NCBI GenBank assembly: GCA_964016885.1 | Contig: OZ024755.1 | Span: forward strand, 17,236,001-17,300,000 | DNA: 64,000 bases | Direction: 5' to 3' | DNA from: Eledone cirrhosa | Taxonomy: Eukaryota | Shown here: one piece after another, positions 42,842-56,289 of the stretch | How positions within the stretch are numbered: the stretch's first letter is position 1 | Layout of the letters: every line of letters begins with the position of its first letter | Position numbers and translations under genes: made by a program | The notes under the pieces: model-generated | Told to the model about the DNA's origin: nothing | The model's input: the letters and a program-made list of their open reading frames with translations, nothing else | The model's database searches: none

Positions 42842-42843
<2 letters not shown>
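41150..42843 (-). mobile_element. 5'-truncated RTE-clade LINE: RT, PHD-like finger, C-terminal region and 3' tail ending in (GAT)n
   Basis: Open ORF to stop at 41443 with QFGF, FVDLEKAFD, GVHQGSVLSP, LLYADD, YLG, GSETW and RRLRWYGHV motifs; starts abruptly at a (TA)n run. Confidence 0.92.
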
Positions 42844-42880
<37 letters not shown>

Positions 42881-43141
42881 CATACATATATATATGTACA
42901 TACATATATACATACATACACAGAATATATACATATATACATACATAGAAACTATTGCATTCACCCTTCAAACTACCTGTATACATACACACACACATCA
43001 TCAGCATCATTTTACATCCGCTTTTCCCTGCTTGCAAGGGTTGGACGAGTCCTATTCAGCACAGCATCTCTTCACTTGTCACGGTCCTTCGTCATCTCCT
43101 CGGTGAGTTTCTGAGGTCTGCTCTCACTATATATATATACA

Positions 43142-43718
43142 TGGTGGCTGCCAAGTCATTTTTGAGTACGGCCACTACTTTATATCCATGTAGGAGAACC
43201 CCTACCGATGCGCTGAAGGAGTGTGACTCTTTAGTCCAGCCAGCGACTTGAAAACTCTGGTACAAACACTACACTTGTGACAATTATTGACACATAGTGC
43301 TGGGCCCATGCTACCATGTAACGACAAGTGCAGAGAGATCTCCAGATATAAAGCAATGCCTGTGCCATGAAGCTTTTTATAGTGAGCAAAGGCACTGCAC
43401 AAAGCCAGTCCCACTCTCTTAACCAAGATGATATTTACCAAAAAGAAGTACAAGTCAACATCATTGGATACCATCAGGGTTTTCCTTCTCCTAGAATCTG
43501 CCTTGACAAAGGCTAAGGGGTCATCTCTCCCGGTGATTTTGGATGGCCATTGACTCTTAAGAGCTCCTTTGCCGTTTGACAGGTATTGTTTTTAGTCCTG
43601 CAGGATGTCCAAAGTCACCCTCCTCACCAAGAAACCTTGGTGGGGTTGCCAGTTTAGTCGCCAACGACCCGACCATGAGACAGGTTGTACTGGGATACAT
43701 GTTACCAGTAGCACCAAC
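43142..43718 (-). mobile_element. Non-autonomous RTE-like derivative (5'UTR-like part joined to a C2H2-coding 3' end)
   Basis: Minus strand encodes HKCSVCTRVFKSLAGLKSH near the 3' end; no RT; flanked by (TA)n; related fragment at about 12320-12457. Confidence 0.5.
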
Positions 43719-45593
43719 ATACATATATATATATATATATATACATTCATACATATATATATATACATACATACATATATATACATACATCTATCTCTCT
43801 TCCTCTTTTTTCTGTTCCTCTCTGTTGCACACATGCACAATCCCCACCCCTCTCATTCACACACTCTCATACTCCCTCTTTCACCCTCTCCTACTTTTTC
43901 ACTCTCTCTTTCTCCCTTCCTCTCTCATACATTCTACAATTATACAGATTCCCTTTATGGCTGTACCAACATCCCTTTCTTATTTGCATATTCCGGTATG
44001 TCGAGCTTTATGTAATAAAAGGATAATTACCATAATAATTGTTTCTACTTTTGGCACAAGGCCAGCAATTACCCAGTACATTACTGGTACTTTATTTTAT
44101 CGACCCCGTAAGGATGAAAGGCAAAGTTAACCTCGGCGGGATTTGAAGTCAGATCATAAAGGGCCGTAACTCTATGCTGCAAAGTATGGCGTCCAGCCCT
44201 CTACTGATACTGCCAATCCACCACCCTATAGATATATAATATAGTTATAATGATAAATAATGGTTTCTGATTTAGGCACAAGGCCAGAAAATCTGGGGGG
44301 GGGGGGAGGTGGGGGGAGCTAATTAAATCGACCCCAGTATGTTACTGATATTTTATTTTTTTGGCCCCGTAAGGGTGAAAGGCAAAGCTACCCAAGGAGA
44401 AATTCAAAATCAGAATGTAAAGGACTGTAACTTTGTGACATGAAACATAGCGTCTGACGCTCTACCAGTTCTGCCAATCCATCACCCTTAATAATAATTG
44501 TCTCTACTTTAGGCACAAGGCCAGCAATTACCCAGTGCATTACTGGTACTTTAATAATAATGATAGGCATGATGATGATGATGTCATGATGATGATGATG
44601 TCATGATGATGGTCATGATGATGATGTCATGATGAAGATGATGATCATGATGATGATGTCATGATGAAGATGATGATCATGATGATGATGTCATGATGAT
44701 GATGATGTCATGATGATGTCATGATGATGATGTCGTGATGATGATGTCATGATGATGATGATGTCATGATGATGATGATGTCATGATGATGATGGTCATG
44801 ATGATGATGGTCATGATGATAATGGTCATGATGATGATGGTCATGATGATAGTCATGATGATGATGGTTATAATGTTGATAGTTATGATGATGATGATGA
44901 TAGTAATAACAACAATGTCCTCTGGTGGCTGAATACACAATCTCTCTTCCCTGATGGAAATCCTCTTAATTAAAGATCAGATGATATATTTGTCTTCCTC
45001 CTTTACTTACACCTTCACTCCTCCTTACACCTTCCCCCCTCCCCCTCCCCCCTTTCCCCTACACCCACACCCCTTACACCTTCACCCCTGCCTTACACCA
45101 TCATTCCTTCTTACACCTTCACCCCCTACACCCCCATACACTCCACCTCCTTACACCTTCACCCCCCACACACACCATCACTCCCTCCTTACACCATCAC
45201 TCCCTCCTTACACCATCACTCCCCCCCTACACCATCACTCCCTCCTTACACCATCACTCCCCCCCTACACCATCACTCCCTCCTTACACCATCACTCCCT
45301 CCTTACACCATCACTCCCTCCTTACACCATCACCCCTCATACACCCCACCCCCTTACACCTTCACCTCCCCTACACCATCACTCCCCCCTACACCATCAC
45401 TCCCTCGTTACACCATCACTCCCTCCTACACCATCACTCCCTCCTTACACCATCACTCCCCCCCTCCACACCATCACTACCCCCTACGCCATCACTCCCC
45501 CCCTACACCATCACCCCCCTACATCACCCCCTCCCTACAATTACTGTCTTGTTTTATTCATATTCTTGTTGCTATTGTGACTATTATTGTTAC

Positions 45594-45625
<32 letters not shown>

Positions 45626-48251
45626 GTGGTTGCACACATCAATATATACATGTGTGTGTGTGTGTATATATATATATATGTATATATATACACATACATA
45701 TATATACACATACATATATATATACATACATATATATAAATATATACATATATGTATTTAACACATACATATATATATATACACATACACACACACACAC
45801 ATATATATTTATATATACAAACACACACACATATATATATATACACTTGCATGAATAGAAACACACACTCATACACACACTCACATAGATATATATCCTC
45901 TACAAATGTGTGATCACCTAGCGTTGGTTTTGTTAAGCAATTGGGAAGACCACATGACTGTGTGAGTATTGGGCATTTTTGTTGTTGTTAGGACTGTTGT
46001 TGTTTGTTATTGTTGCTATTTAGCCCTAGGCTTGTCCTGGTCGAGCAGACAAACTTATGATCAAAGGCATTCCAGCTATGACCACCCTGTCTTTTATTTC
46101 AGGCACAGTATAGCTAGGAATACATTAACTAGCATATCCTTCATTGTTTTAGACATTAAGATATTATTTGTGGGAAATGTTGTTGCTATTTCTAACAGGT
46201 TCAACAGCCACACTGAAGCTCCTTTACCAGCCAGTCTCATTTTGTTTTTTTAGGGTTGTTAAGATGGCAGAAATGACTGAGATTTGATATACTATTATAA
46301 CTAGCTTTGTCTTTCAATGTTATTGGCTCAAATCATACTAGGATCATGTTGTCGGGGCCGATAAACTATTTTCATTATCATCATTATTAACATCATGGCA
46401 GGGGGTTGGCAGTATCAGTAGAGCATTAGACAATATGCTTTGCAGCATGGAGTTACGTCCTTTTACATTTTGAGTTCAAATCCTGCCGAGGTTAACTTTG
46501 ACTTTCATCCTTACAGAGTTGATTAAATAAAGTACCACTAATGCACTGGGGTCAATTTAATCAATTTTCCACCCTCCCAAAATCAGAAATCATTACTCTT
46601 TGGGAAGATCAGCCATGACTGCCTCTCACAACTCCTTCCAAGCGGTTATGATCCTACATTACCATATCATGGTCTCTTACTTCATACATTAGTTTCACCA
46701 AGGACAAGATACGAAATAGGACCTTCATAGTTGCTGGATGGATGAACATGGAGAAAGACACCCTCCTACGAGTTGTTCTTAATTCTGTAAAGAAAGCCAC
46801 CCTGGAAAAGGACATTCCCCTCTAATTTATATTCCACAGATAAGGTTGAATAAGGCTCTACAAGCTAAGTTAAGCCTTGTGATGTTAAATTGCCTGAAAC
46901 TGCCCCAGATTTTATGATTCAAGGCTATTTATCTCAGTATTTATCTTAGTATTTATCTAAATCATAATTTATGTTTTGTCCCAAACATCAGCTTAATAAT
47001 AAAAAATGTTAGTTATATTGCTAAACCTCTTAAAATTCATGATAATTTAAAAAGTAATTTAAAAAAGCACAGGCAATGCTCTTTCTTTATAAATATAAAA
47101 ATATAATTTTGGTTGCTAAATGAATTAAGAATTTGATGCCATCAAAGAAAATCGATTTTATTTTTACTAGGATTTATGTCTATTATTTATTACACACCAG
47201 GTATGATATTTTCTCTTTTATTAGGTGAGGGAGGAAAGAAAAGGTTTGCTAGATTTCTGTTGACTTTCAAAAGAAACAAAAAGCAATGGCAGTACTTGAG
47301 TTATTTAGAATGAAAATTTATGCAGAGGAAATTTTAACTCTTTTGTTATTGCCCTGCCTAAAACCTCTCTGATTCTATGACAAGAATTCTCTTTTTAACC
47401 CATTCATTACCATATTTCTGGAAAGGCAATCAACAAGTTCCCAAATCTCATTCATTTACTGAGTGGGCTGGAACTCATCAAATTGGAAGAAGGAAACAAT
47501 GTTTCCATTGTTTTTTTCCATTGCTGATATTATCTTAGCAGAAAGAGCAATGTAAAATAGTGTTTTACTCAAGGACATAATGCATCACCTGCCCAGTTAT
47601 CGAATTTTCAATCTCATGATTGCAAATCAATTCTCTAAACACAAAGCTGCATGGCTCATAATTTTTAAAATAATCAAAAGTTTTGAGAGATTTGCTAATA
47701 TAATAGACTTTCTCATCATTAACTTATGGAAAGGGTTTCATATGAAATTATAATTTTCTACTTTTGGCACAAGGCCAGCAATTACCCAGTGTATTACTGG
47801 TACTTTATTTTATCAACCCCGTAAGGATGAAAGGCAAAGTTAACCTCGGCGGGATCAGAACTCAGAATGGCAAGGGCCGTAACTCTATGCATCAAAGCAT
47901 GGCGTATGACCTTCTACCGATACTGCCAACCCACCACCCTTCATATGAAATTATAATGGAAGGTTTTTAGATGGATATAACAGTTTTGTATAACACCAGG
48001 GACAGTTTCAGGTAATTTGCTATGAAAAGGGCTAAAATGTTCATATTTAAATTAAAACCTCCCCTATCCTAATTTTATCTAAAAGATTTTAAAGTTATAT
48101 TCCAAACATCAAGTTAAAATGAACAAAACTTAATTATTTTACTAAATCCCTCAAAAGATTTGATTATTTTAAAAATGAAATGATACTCAAAAGTAATATA
48201 TTTTATTGGAAATATGGTCAGAAAAGGGTTAAACATTATAAAACTATTTAA

Positions 48252-48723
48252 TCCTTTAGCATTTAAACCAGCCATATCTGGCCAGAATTCTCTCATCTCT
48301 TTCTGTTCAAAGCGGCTGTAACTGGCTGCTCATACTGATATTAAGGTATTGTTCTCAAAATAAATAATATCAAAATCTCGTAGATTTGATATTATGTGAG
48401 ATAAAGCCTTTACCACAAAAATACACTAGTATATATAGAGCAGGCATGTGAAACATGCGGTCTGCAGACTGCATGTGTCTCTTTACAGGCACACCTACAG
48501 CCCATTTCTACAGCCCGTTTCTACAGCACGAGCATGTTTTATCTTCGTAATATAAAATTAAAATATTAGGTGTAATGTGTGCAATTAGTTGTCATGTGTA
48601 GCCCTCAGACAACACATATGTGAGCCATGTGGCCCTCAGACAACACATATGTGAGCCATGTGGCCCATCGGGGGACCCTCAGTTTGACATGCCTGATATA
48701 GAGTAATATAAATGCTAAAGAGT
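48252..48723. mobile_element. piggyBac-like MITE interrupted by a hAT MITE
   Basis: Homologous to 10939-11146 on both sides of a 255-bp insert. Confidence 0.7.
48441..48695. mobile_element. hAT-superfamily MITE
   Basis: TIRs caggcatgtgaaac and gtttgacatgcctg; exact 8-bp TSD atatagag. Confidence 0.85.
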
Positions 48724-51700
48724 TAATGTAGTACCTCATAATTTTATGTATGAAACTTTTAAGTTACATTCCAAACATCATCATAAAATCAACAAAAATT
48801 TATTATTTTACTAAATCCTTCAAAAAGACGATTATTTTCCAAATTAAATGAAATACAAAAGTAATATATTTTATTAGAAATATGGTCACAAAAGGGTTAA
48901 ATATGATAAAATTATTTAAACCAATACCTCTACCATTTTTGTTATTTTCACTTCTTTAGTTGTTATTTTATTGTTTTTCAATATCCTAAGATCAATACAA
49001 TAAATAGAATAAATACCATTCAAATACTCGGATCAATATAATCTATAATCAATTATACCCTCCCACAAAATTAGTGGCCTTGTATCAATGTTAGAATTTA
49101 TTATTGTTTTTGTTGTTGGTATTTTATTGGTATTGCTGTTTGTTTTTCATACTATTGTTATTGTAGTTGTTGTGCATATTAGTATTATTGTTGTTGTTTT
49201 TGTTACTGTTGCTGTTGTTTTTGTTACTGTAGCCACTGCTCTTATTGTTATTGTTGTTTTTGTTATTGCAGATGTTGCTCTCATTGGTGTTGTTGTTATT
49301 GATGTTGTTTTTGTTACTGTTTTTGTAGCTGTGGCGTTTATCAGAGTTGGTTTTGCTGTTGTTTTTGTTGCTTTCATTTATATTGTTGCTGTTTTTGTTA
49401 TTATTGTTACTATTGTTGTTATTGTTGGAAGATGTGAGCAGGATGTTATATTCTGACCTATCTCGACTCAGAGTATGATTTCCCATCCAACCCATTCCAC
49501 CATAGAAAGAAAACATAAAATAATGATGATGATGATGATTGTTGCTTTTATTGATGTTGATGTTTAAATCCCAGATGGGGCAGTGAGTTAGCAACAGAGT
49601 CATTAGAGTTTCAGACAAATGCTTAGAAGAATTTGTTTCAGCTCCTTACTTTCTGAGTTCAAATCCTGCCAAGGTCAACTTTACTTTTCGACCTTCCAAA
49701 GTCAATAAAATAAAATACCAATAAAATAAAATACTGGTATCAGCTTTACGTGGAGTGACTCCCTGATCTCTAAGTTTTGCAATCTATTGAGTAACATTAC
49801 TCCAAAGACCCTTCGGAGGAGCCCCCTTTTGGCTGCTTTTATTTGTGACCATATTCTTTCAGTCACTACTCAAGATTCGTCACCATAGGTAAGGGTTGTT
49901 ATGATCACCAAATTGAAGTTATAAGCAAGTTTGGCTTTTTTACTTACCTCCCTTCTGATGATCAGGTGCTGAAGCTGGTATATTCTTACACCAGATCCAG
50001 CAATAATTGTATTTGATTCAGCCTCCTGCCTTCCCCCCATAATTTCTAGTCTTGTACGAAAATTAGAAACCAATATAAGTTAGTACCAGGTGAGTCCACA
50101 TCAAATGCAGCGATGATGTAAGACCTCCCAGCCATGGCCATCATATCTGTTTATGTCAAACACAATATATCTACAACTATACTATCCAATGTATCCATTC
50201 TTTTTAAAGGAACTAAAGTAGGATTTTAGTGAGATTAAGTTACTATTTCCTGCTGGTCAATAAACCATGTAAGTTCTCCAACATTGCTTATATTATTTTC
50301 CAAATAATTTGGAAACAATAGACAGTATCTTGCATTAGAAATATAGTAACAAAAGTGATAATTTATTTGGGTATTTTTTAAAAATGCTATTTTGCTTTGG
50401 TTATAAATAAATGTGTTTTGCTATTATGATAGCTGGAAGGAATATAATTTGTGTGAACTAAATACAAAACCCAGTTTTATTTCTTATTATTTTTATTCAA
50501 TACCCTGAGGACAGAGGTAAAGATGACAATTCCTTATTACCACTTCAGATCAGACATACTTAATATAATTTTCATTGTTCTTCCTTTTGTTTCAGATGTT
50601 TGTCTTAGTAGTAGAAATATGAATAGCCTTGAGCTCTTGGTCTGTGTTGATTGCATATTCCATAGTATGGTATCTTTGTCATTCTCTGACATCTTTTCTA
50701 GTGTATGCTTATACAATCTCATTTCAATTGGTATCTTGTGCTGACACAACTTCCTCTGCTAGTATTTAAAAGCCCCAATTCTATTATGCTAGTAGATGTA
50801 TCATTCTTTCTTGGGTTTAGCCATTCTTATATAACTCTAATTGCATCCAGGTGTGGTTCTGGGGTTAAGAAGTGAGTTCTAAACCAAAGGCTCATCAAGC
50901 CACTGCTTATCCTCAGTTTCTTTGGTGTTAAGCAACTGAGAGTACAAGACTTTCCCTGGATAGAATGTTGGTCTATCACAAGATTAACTTCCCACTTAGT
51001 ACTGGTACTCACTCTCAGCTGAGTGTACTGGAACAACGTGAAATAAAGTGTTTTGCTCAAGAACACAATGTTGCAGCCTGTCCAAAAATTAAACTGATGG
51101 CATTACAATCCTACATCAAGTGTTCTAATTTTTAAGCCATGCCCCATCACTTAAGAAGCCCACTTTGTAACTATGTTTTCAACTTCAATCCTACTCTGCA
51201 GAACATTAGACATGTTCTACCATAGCCTCAACTCAACATAAGTTTTGTAAATGAAATTTGGTAGATGGAACCTCTGTGGAAGTCTGTCAGAATGATCATT
51301 CCTGATTTGTGGCAAATTTAAGCCATCACCTAGTTTAATACCACTGCCTTGCACTTGGCTGCCTTTAGCAGAATTAATCCAATTGTAAGCATTCTGATCA
51401 TATTCTCCAGCTGAGAATAACTTCTTCCTTCCTTCCACCAGTCTTGGAGGTCATGAAAAAGGTCATAGCCAACATCCTTTTTCCTAATTAAAACCCCTCC
51501 CACAAGAAATGAAACATTACTTGTATATTGTCCTCCTTAGGGAGGATTACAACTTATTCAATGTTCTCATTTATAATTTGCTTTACCAAATTCTTTTATT
51601 TATTTCCTATTGTATTATATGAATACATACCCCTCTCTATCTTTCCCCTCTCTTTCTTCCTCTCCCCTCTCTATCTTCCTCTCCTCTCTATCTTCCCTCC

Positions 51701-52535
51701 TCTCCCCTCTCTCTCTTCCCCCCTCTCTTTCTTCCTCTCCCCTCTCGCTCCCTCTCGTTTCTTCAGAAATAGTTTAAATATAATCTATGATATTTAAATA
51801 TTATTCTGTACATTATTCAAATATTATTCTATATTATTCCCTATATATTGTTTTGATCTTCAGCTATTATTCGGTATTATTCAAATATTATTGGTCTTTT
51901 GAAGCCTGATACAAAACAAAATTGTAAACAGAGCAGTCTGTTGAATAATTAATGTGTCTAATTGAAAAATAACTGAATGAAAATCAAATAAAAAAAATCA
52001 ATAAACTGCAACATTAAACAAAATAAAAATAAGGCTTTTAGGTAATTATTTTTTTGGTTATGGAAATGTTTTACTATAGACATTTTATGCCCATGATGGC
52101 TTAAATTAAGCAAGCCTTACGTGATTCTACATCAACTTTTTAAAGTTAGAATGGAAAAGCTCGATAGTAATGGAAATGTGTAATAATGCTTTTTAGGCGA
52201 ATTTAGTCAGGATTGTTTTTACACCCTGCAATTTTTCGTTTTTTTTTTAAATCTTTTTTTTTTATGTTAACCGCAAAGATGCAAATTGAGAATTATATTT
52301 GTTCTGTAACTAATGAAGTTCATGAGTTTGCATAAGTTAATAAGCCATAAGGGAGAAGTGGACTCTAATATTACTATGCTGGTCTTTTGTCTGAGAAAGA
52401 AAACCATCTCATCTATACCCTCATCTCCCCATGGCTTAGAAACTCATATGAATTCACAAACATCAATGTAGAATTTTTACTGATGTAGACCAACATTAAT
52501 TACCTTAGAATTTGTTGTTTCTTTTACATCATTAA

Positions 52536-52779
52536 CCCTTATGGTATCAAACTGTCTTTGGTTTTGTGATACACACCAATTTGTTTTAATACATTTACAT
52601 ATAAATTTAAATCTTTCATCTAAATTTTATGTAAGAAAATTTTAAGTTATGTTTCAAACACCAGCTTTACAATGACAGTTATTTACTAAATCACACAAAA
52701 TAATTGATTATTTTAAAAATCAATTGAAAATTATAAGCAGTGTTTTTATTTTTTAATTAGAAATATGGTAATGAAAGGG
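52536..52779. mobile_element. Second piggyBac-like MITE family; copies at about 30150-30384, 59910-60143 and inverted at 61200-61460
   Basis: TTAA|CCCTT ... gaaatatggtaatgaAAGGG|TTAA. Confidence 0.65.
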
Positions 52780-53141
52780 TTAACAAGATCCCCAGTACAA
52801 GAATTCTCAAATATTCCTGCAAATTATGTTAATTTTAATTTTTCAAATGTTTCTTTAGTCTCCACTAAAACAACAATACCAAGTACCCACACCTCTTTAT
52901 TGTTTCAATGATTTATGAAATAATGTAAAGATTTTGATTAAAGAATATTGATTGAAAGAAAGTTAGAGAGATAGTGAGTGTATGTATATATATACCACTT
53001 ACCTCATGTACTACATCAAGCCTCATTAGCAAGATGTTCTTGAAAAGTAGAAATTAACATAATGACACCATATTAAAAATTGAAGTTTCTATGCTAATTT
53101 TACAAATTTTCAAAATGATATTTATTATATTATCGCTCTAT

Positions 53142-53525
53142 CTAGGGTGGGTAAAATTCCCAAGATCCATGGAATAGTTCTCTCCAGCAGTTTCTGTCCT
53201 TCTTCATCGTCGCCATGTTCTGCATCTCCAAGAGACCAGTGTCTGTCCTTAGGGCATCAACATATGTCAACCTCAGTCTCCCTCTTCTAGTGTGTCCACG
53301 TAGGGGCTCCCACAGGAGCACTGAGTGCAGTGTCAACTCTGAATATTGGTGAGCATGTCCAGCTAACTTCAGTCTCCTCTCTGTTATATTCAAGCTAATT
53401 TTTTGGAGGCTCCCGTACAGCTCTGAGTCCTTCATTCTCAGTGTATACTGATTAATGTTCATAGCGATCCTCAGCATTCTCGTGTAGCACCCATCCACCA
53501 TCTGAGTGCGTTTCTTGGTCAGTTG
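53142..53525 (-). mobile_element. RTE/RTEX-like LINE ORF2 3' fragment
   Basis: DGCYTRMLR, ERRLKLAGH, LLWEP..G..RRGR...TYVD and DRNCWR match the RTE C-terminal pattern. Confidence 0.8.
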
Positions 53526-53989
53526 CTTAGTATATTAAAGATACTATAAACATTTGAATTAACAAACCAACTGTTTTTAAAGATATTTTCTGCTAAATCA
53601 TTTCAGGATATTAAAAATTAAATGAAAAATATGAAATCATAATTTTTAAAATCCAGTTGTCTTGAATGAATCTTAAAGTTAATCTCATTTGGATTATAAT
53701 GGTATAGATTGGTATAGATTGCTGATATCTATGACATCTGTCAACACACAGGCACACATGCGCACACCCACCCACAAACACATGCACACTCACTCACACC
53801 AATACATACATTCCCTCTCTCACATACGCAAGAATGTAAACTTTCTATATCACTAACTTTCTCAATATTGGTTTATGGTTATTGAATGTCATAGTTTCAT
53901 TCCAATAATAATTAATCACTTGAATCCATTGTTTCAAGAGTTTGCCTCCAGATATTACTTATTACTTGCCAAATTTGTTTGCTTCATAT

Positions 53990-54282
53990 AGAGTGAAAGG
54001 TTTTTATTTGTCTTGTATACAGTGAAGGGGTTTTTTTGTTTAGTATACAGTGAAGGATTTTTTTGCCTAGTATTCAGTGAAGGGTTTTTTTTTTGCTTAG
54101 TATTCAGTGAAGGGTTCTTTTTGCCTAGTATTCAGTGAAGGATCTTTTTGCCTAGTATTCAGTGAAGGATCTTTTTGCCCAGTATTCAGTGAAGGGTTCT
54201 TTTTGCCTAGTATACATTGAAGGATCTTTTTGCCTAGTATTCAGTGGCAGGTTTCTTTTTTTGCTTAGTATACAGTGATGGA
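53990..54282. repeat. About 29-bp minisatellite
   Basis: ttttgcctagtattcagtgaagg repeated about 9 times. Confidence 0.88.
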
Positions 54283-55127
54283 GTTTTTAATTATTTTGTG
54301 AAGTATAGAGCTTGATGTTGATAACAGAATTTAAATCATTGATTCCTTCTCCAATATTCCAGGAACCTGATATTGTAATAACTGCTATAAAACTAGATAT
54401 AATATTTTAATTATCATCCAGAGTGGAGGGTGTACCTAGAGCTCAGAAACATAATTCATATGAGTATTCAAAAACAATAACTATGAACTAGAAATAGGCT
54501 AAATAGTTGTTACCTTTACCAAGCAGCCAATAGGGAAAACAGCAATTTAAATAGTGAAAGAAAGCAAAACCAAAACTGTGGACATAGTTTAAAATTATAC
54601 AGGTAATTACCACAATGGTGAAGTATTTCATTAGCAAAAAACTTTCAGAAAATACAGGGACTCACACACACATACACACATACACACACCACAAACCACA
54701 CACCACACACCCACACATGCATATACACACACACACACACTACAAACCACACACCACACACACACACACACTAACATAGACAACACAATACACACATGCT
54801 ACACACACATACGTGCTACACAAACACATACCTACACAGTGCACACACACTACACGCATACACACAACACATTTCACACATAGATACACACACACACACA
54901 CACACACATTACACAATCACTCACATACACCTACACACAAACACTCACATACACCTATACACACACACAATACACACATATATACAGACACACACACTAG
55001 AGGTAGTGATGGTGGTTCTAATGATTGTGTTGTTGTTGTTAATGTCCCCCTCGTATTTAGCTCTGTTAAAGCTGGTGTTTTGGTAATTATAGTAATGTTG
55101 GATGATTATGACAATTATAATGCTGCT

Positions 55128-55810
55128 TGTGATGATGATGATGGTGGTGGTGGTGGTGATGGTAATGGTGATGGTGGTGATGATGGTGATGGTGGTGGTG
55201 ATGATGATGGCGGTGGTGATGGTGATGGTGGTGATGATGGCGATGATGATGATGGTGATAGTGGTGATAGTGGTGATGATGATGGTGATGGTGGTGATGA
55301 TGGTAATGGTGGTGGTGGTCGTTGTGATGATGGTAATGGTGATGATGGAGGCTGTTGTGGTGGTTGTGATGCTGTTGGTAGTAACTATGAAGATGATGAT
55401 GATGGTGGTGGGGATGATGATGATGATGGTGGTGGTGGGGATGATGATGATGATGGTGGGGATGATGATGATGATGATGATTCCATCAACTATGAAGAGG
55501 AAGATAGAGGATGGAGTGAAGAAATAATGGTGTATAAGATGGTAGTGGTGTTGGTGATGGTGGTGATAGTGATGGTGGTTATGATGGTGTTGGTGATGAT
55601 GGTGATGGTAATAGTAATGGTGTTGGCGATGGTGGTATAGGATGGTAGTGGTGTTGGTGATGGTGGTGATAGTGATGGTGGTTATGATGGTGTTGGTGAT
55701 GATGGTGATGGTCGTTATGATGGTGTTGGTGATGGTGGTGATGGTAATAGTAATGGTGTTGGCGATGGTGGTATAGGATGGTAGTGGTGTTGGTGATGGT
55801 GGTGGAGGGT
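55128..55810. repeat. (GAT/GGT)n trinucleotide low-complexity tract; similar at 31590-31960, 44569-44903, 45000-45540 and 49100-49425
   Basis: direct inspection. Confidence 0.93.
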
Positions 55811-56001
55811 AGTAGTGATGGAGGATGAGTGAACTTGTATAAACCAATTTTATAATTTTTAATAGAAACACTAAAAGTTGTCTGACTTCAATTATATAAT
55901 CAAATCTGATGATTTTTAAAAAAAAACAGACATGAAAATTGTTCAGATAAAACAAAAAATAGATTTTATAAAAAGATTGCTTGCTCTTGAACTGAATTAT
56001 C

Positions 56002-56055
<54 letters not shown>

Positions 56056-56289
56056 TGTGTGTTCACACTGTAAGAATCATTAAGAAATATTCACCCAAAT
56101 TTATTTTAAATCTTCATAATTGTATGGTGCAGTCAAAAATCTGAGGGTTTTTTGTGTGTATGTGATAATTATGAAGTAGCAGCAGTTAAGTTAATATCAA
56201 TGGTAGATGAATGTTGTGTCCTGTGTTTAGAGTAAGTGAAATTGAGACACCAATGGTTATTACTTCATCACTCTATCTACCCTCCACAG

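Noticed and set aside
42844-42942. N-terminal 33 aa of the 499-aa RT ORF
   Set aside because: Read-through of flanking (TA)n; the element is 5'-truncated and lacks the APE endonuclease
47171-47200. 30-nt AG/GT-bounded phase-0 micro-exon candidate (DLCLLFITHQ)
   Set aside because: No protein-level support; expected by chance in AT-rich introns
54813-56066. Asp/Gly-rich or Ile/Thr-rich ORFs (also 31309-32040, 44954-45580, 49088-49618)
   Set aside because: Trinucleotide low-complexity tracts open in several frames and on both strands
56236-56289. First 18 codons of the 628-aa ORF
   Set aside because: Starts at GTG and overlaps a polypyrimidine tract and CAG acceptor, so it is probably intronic
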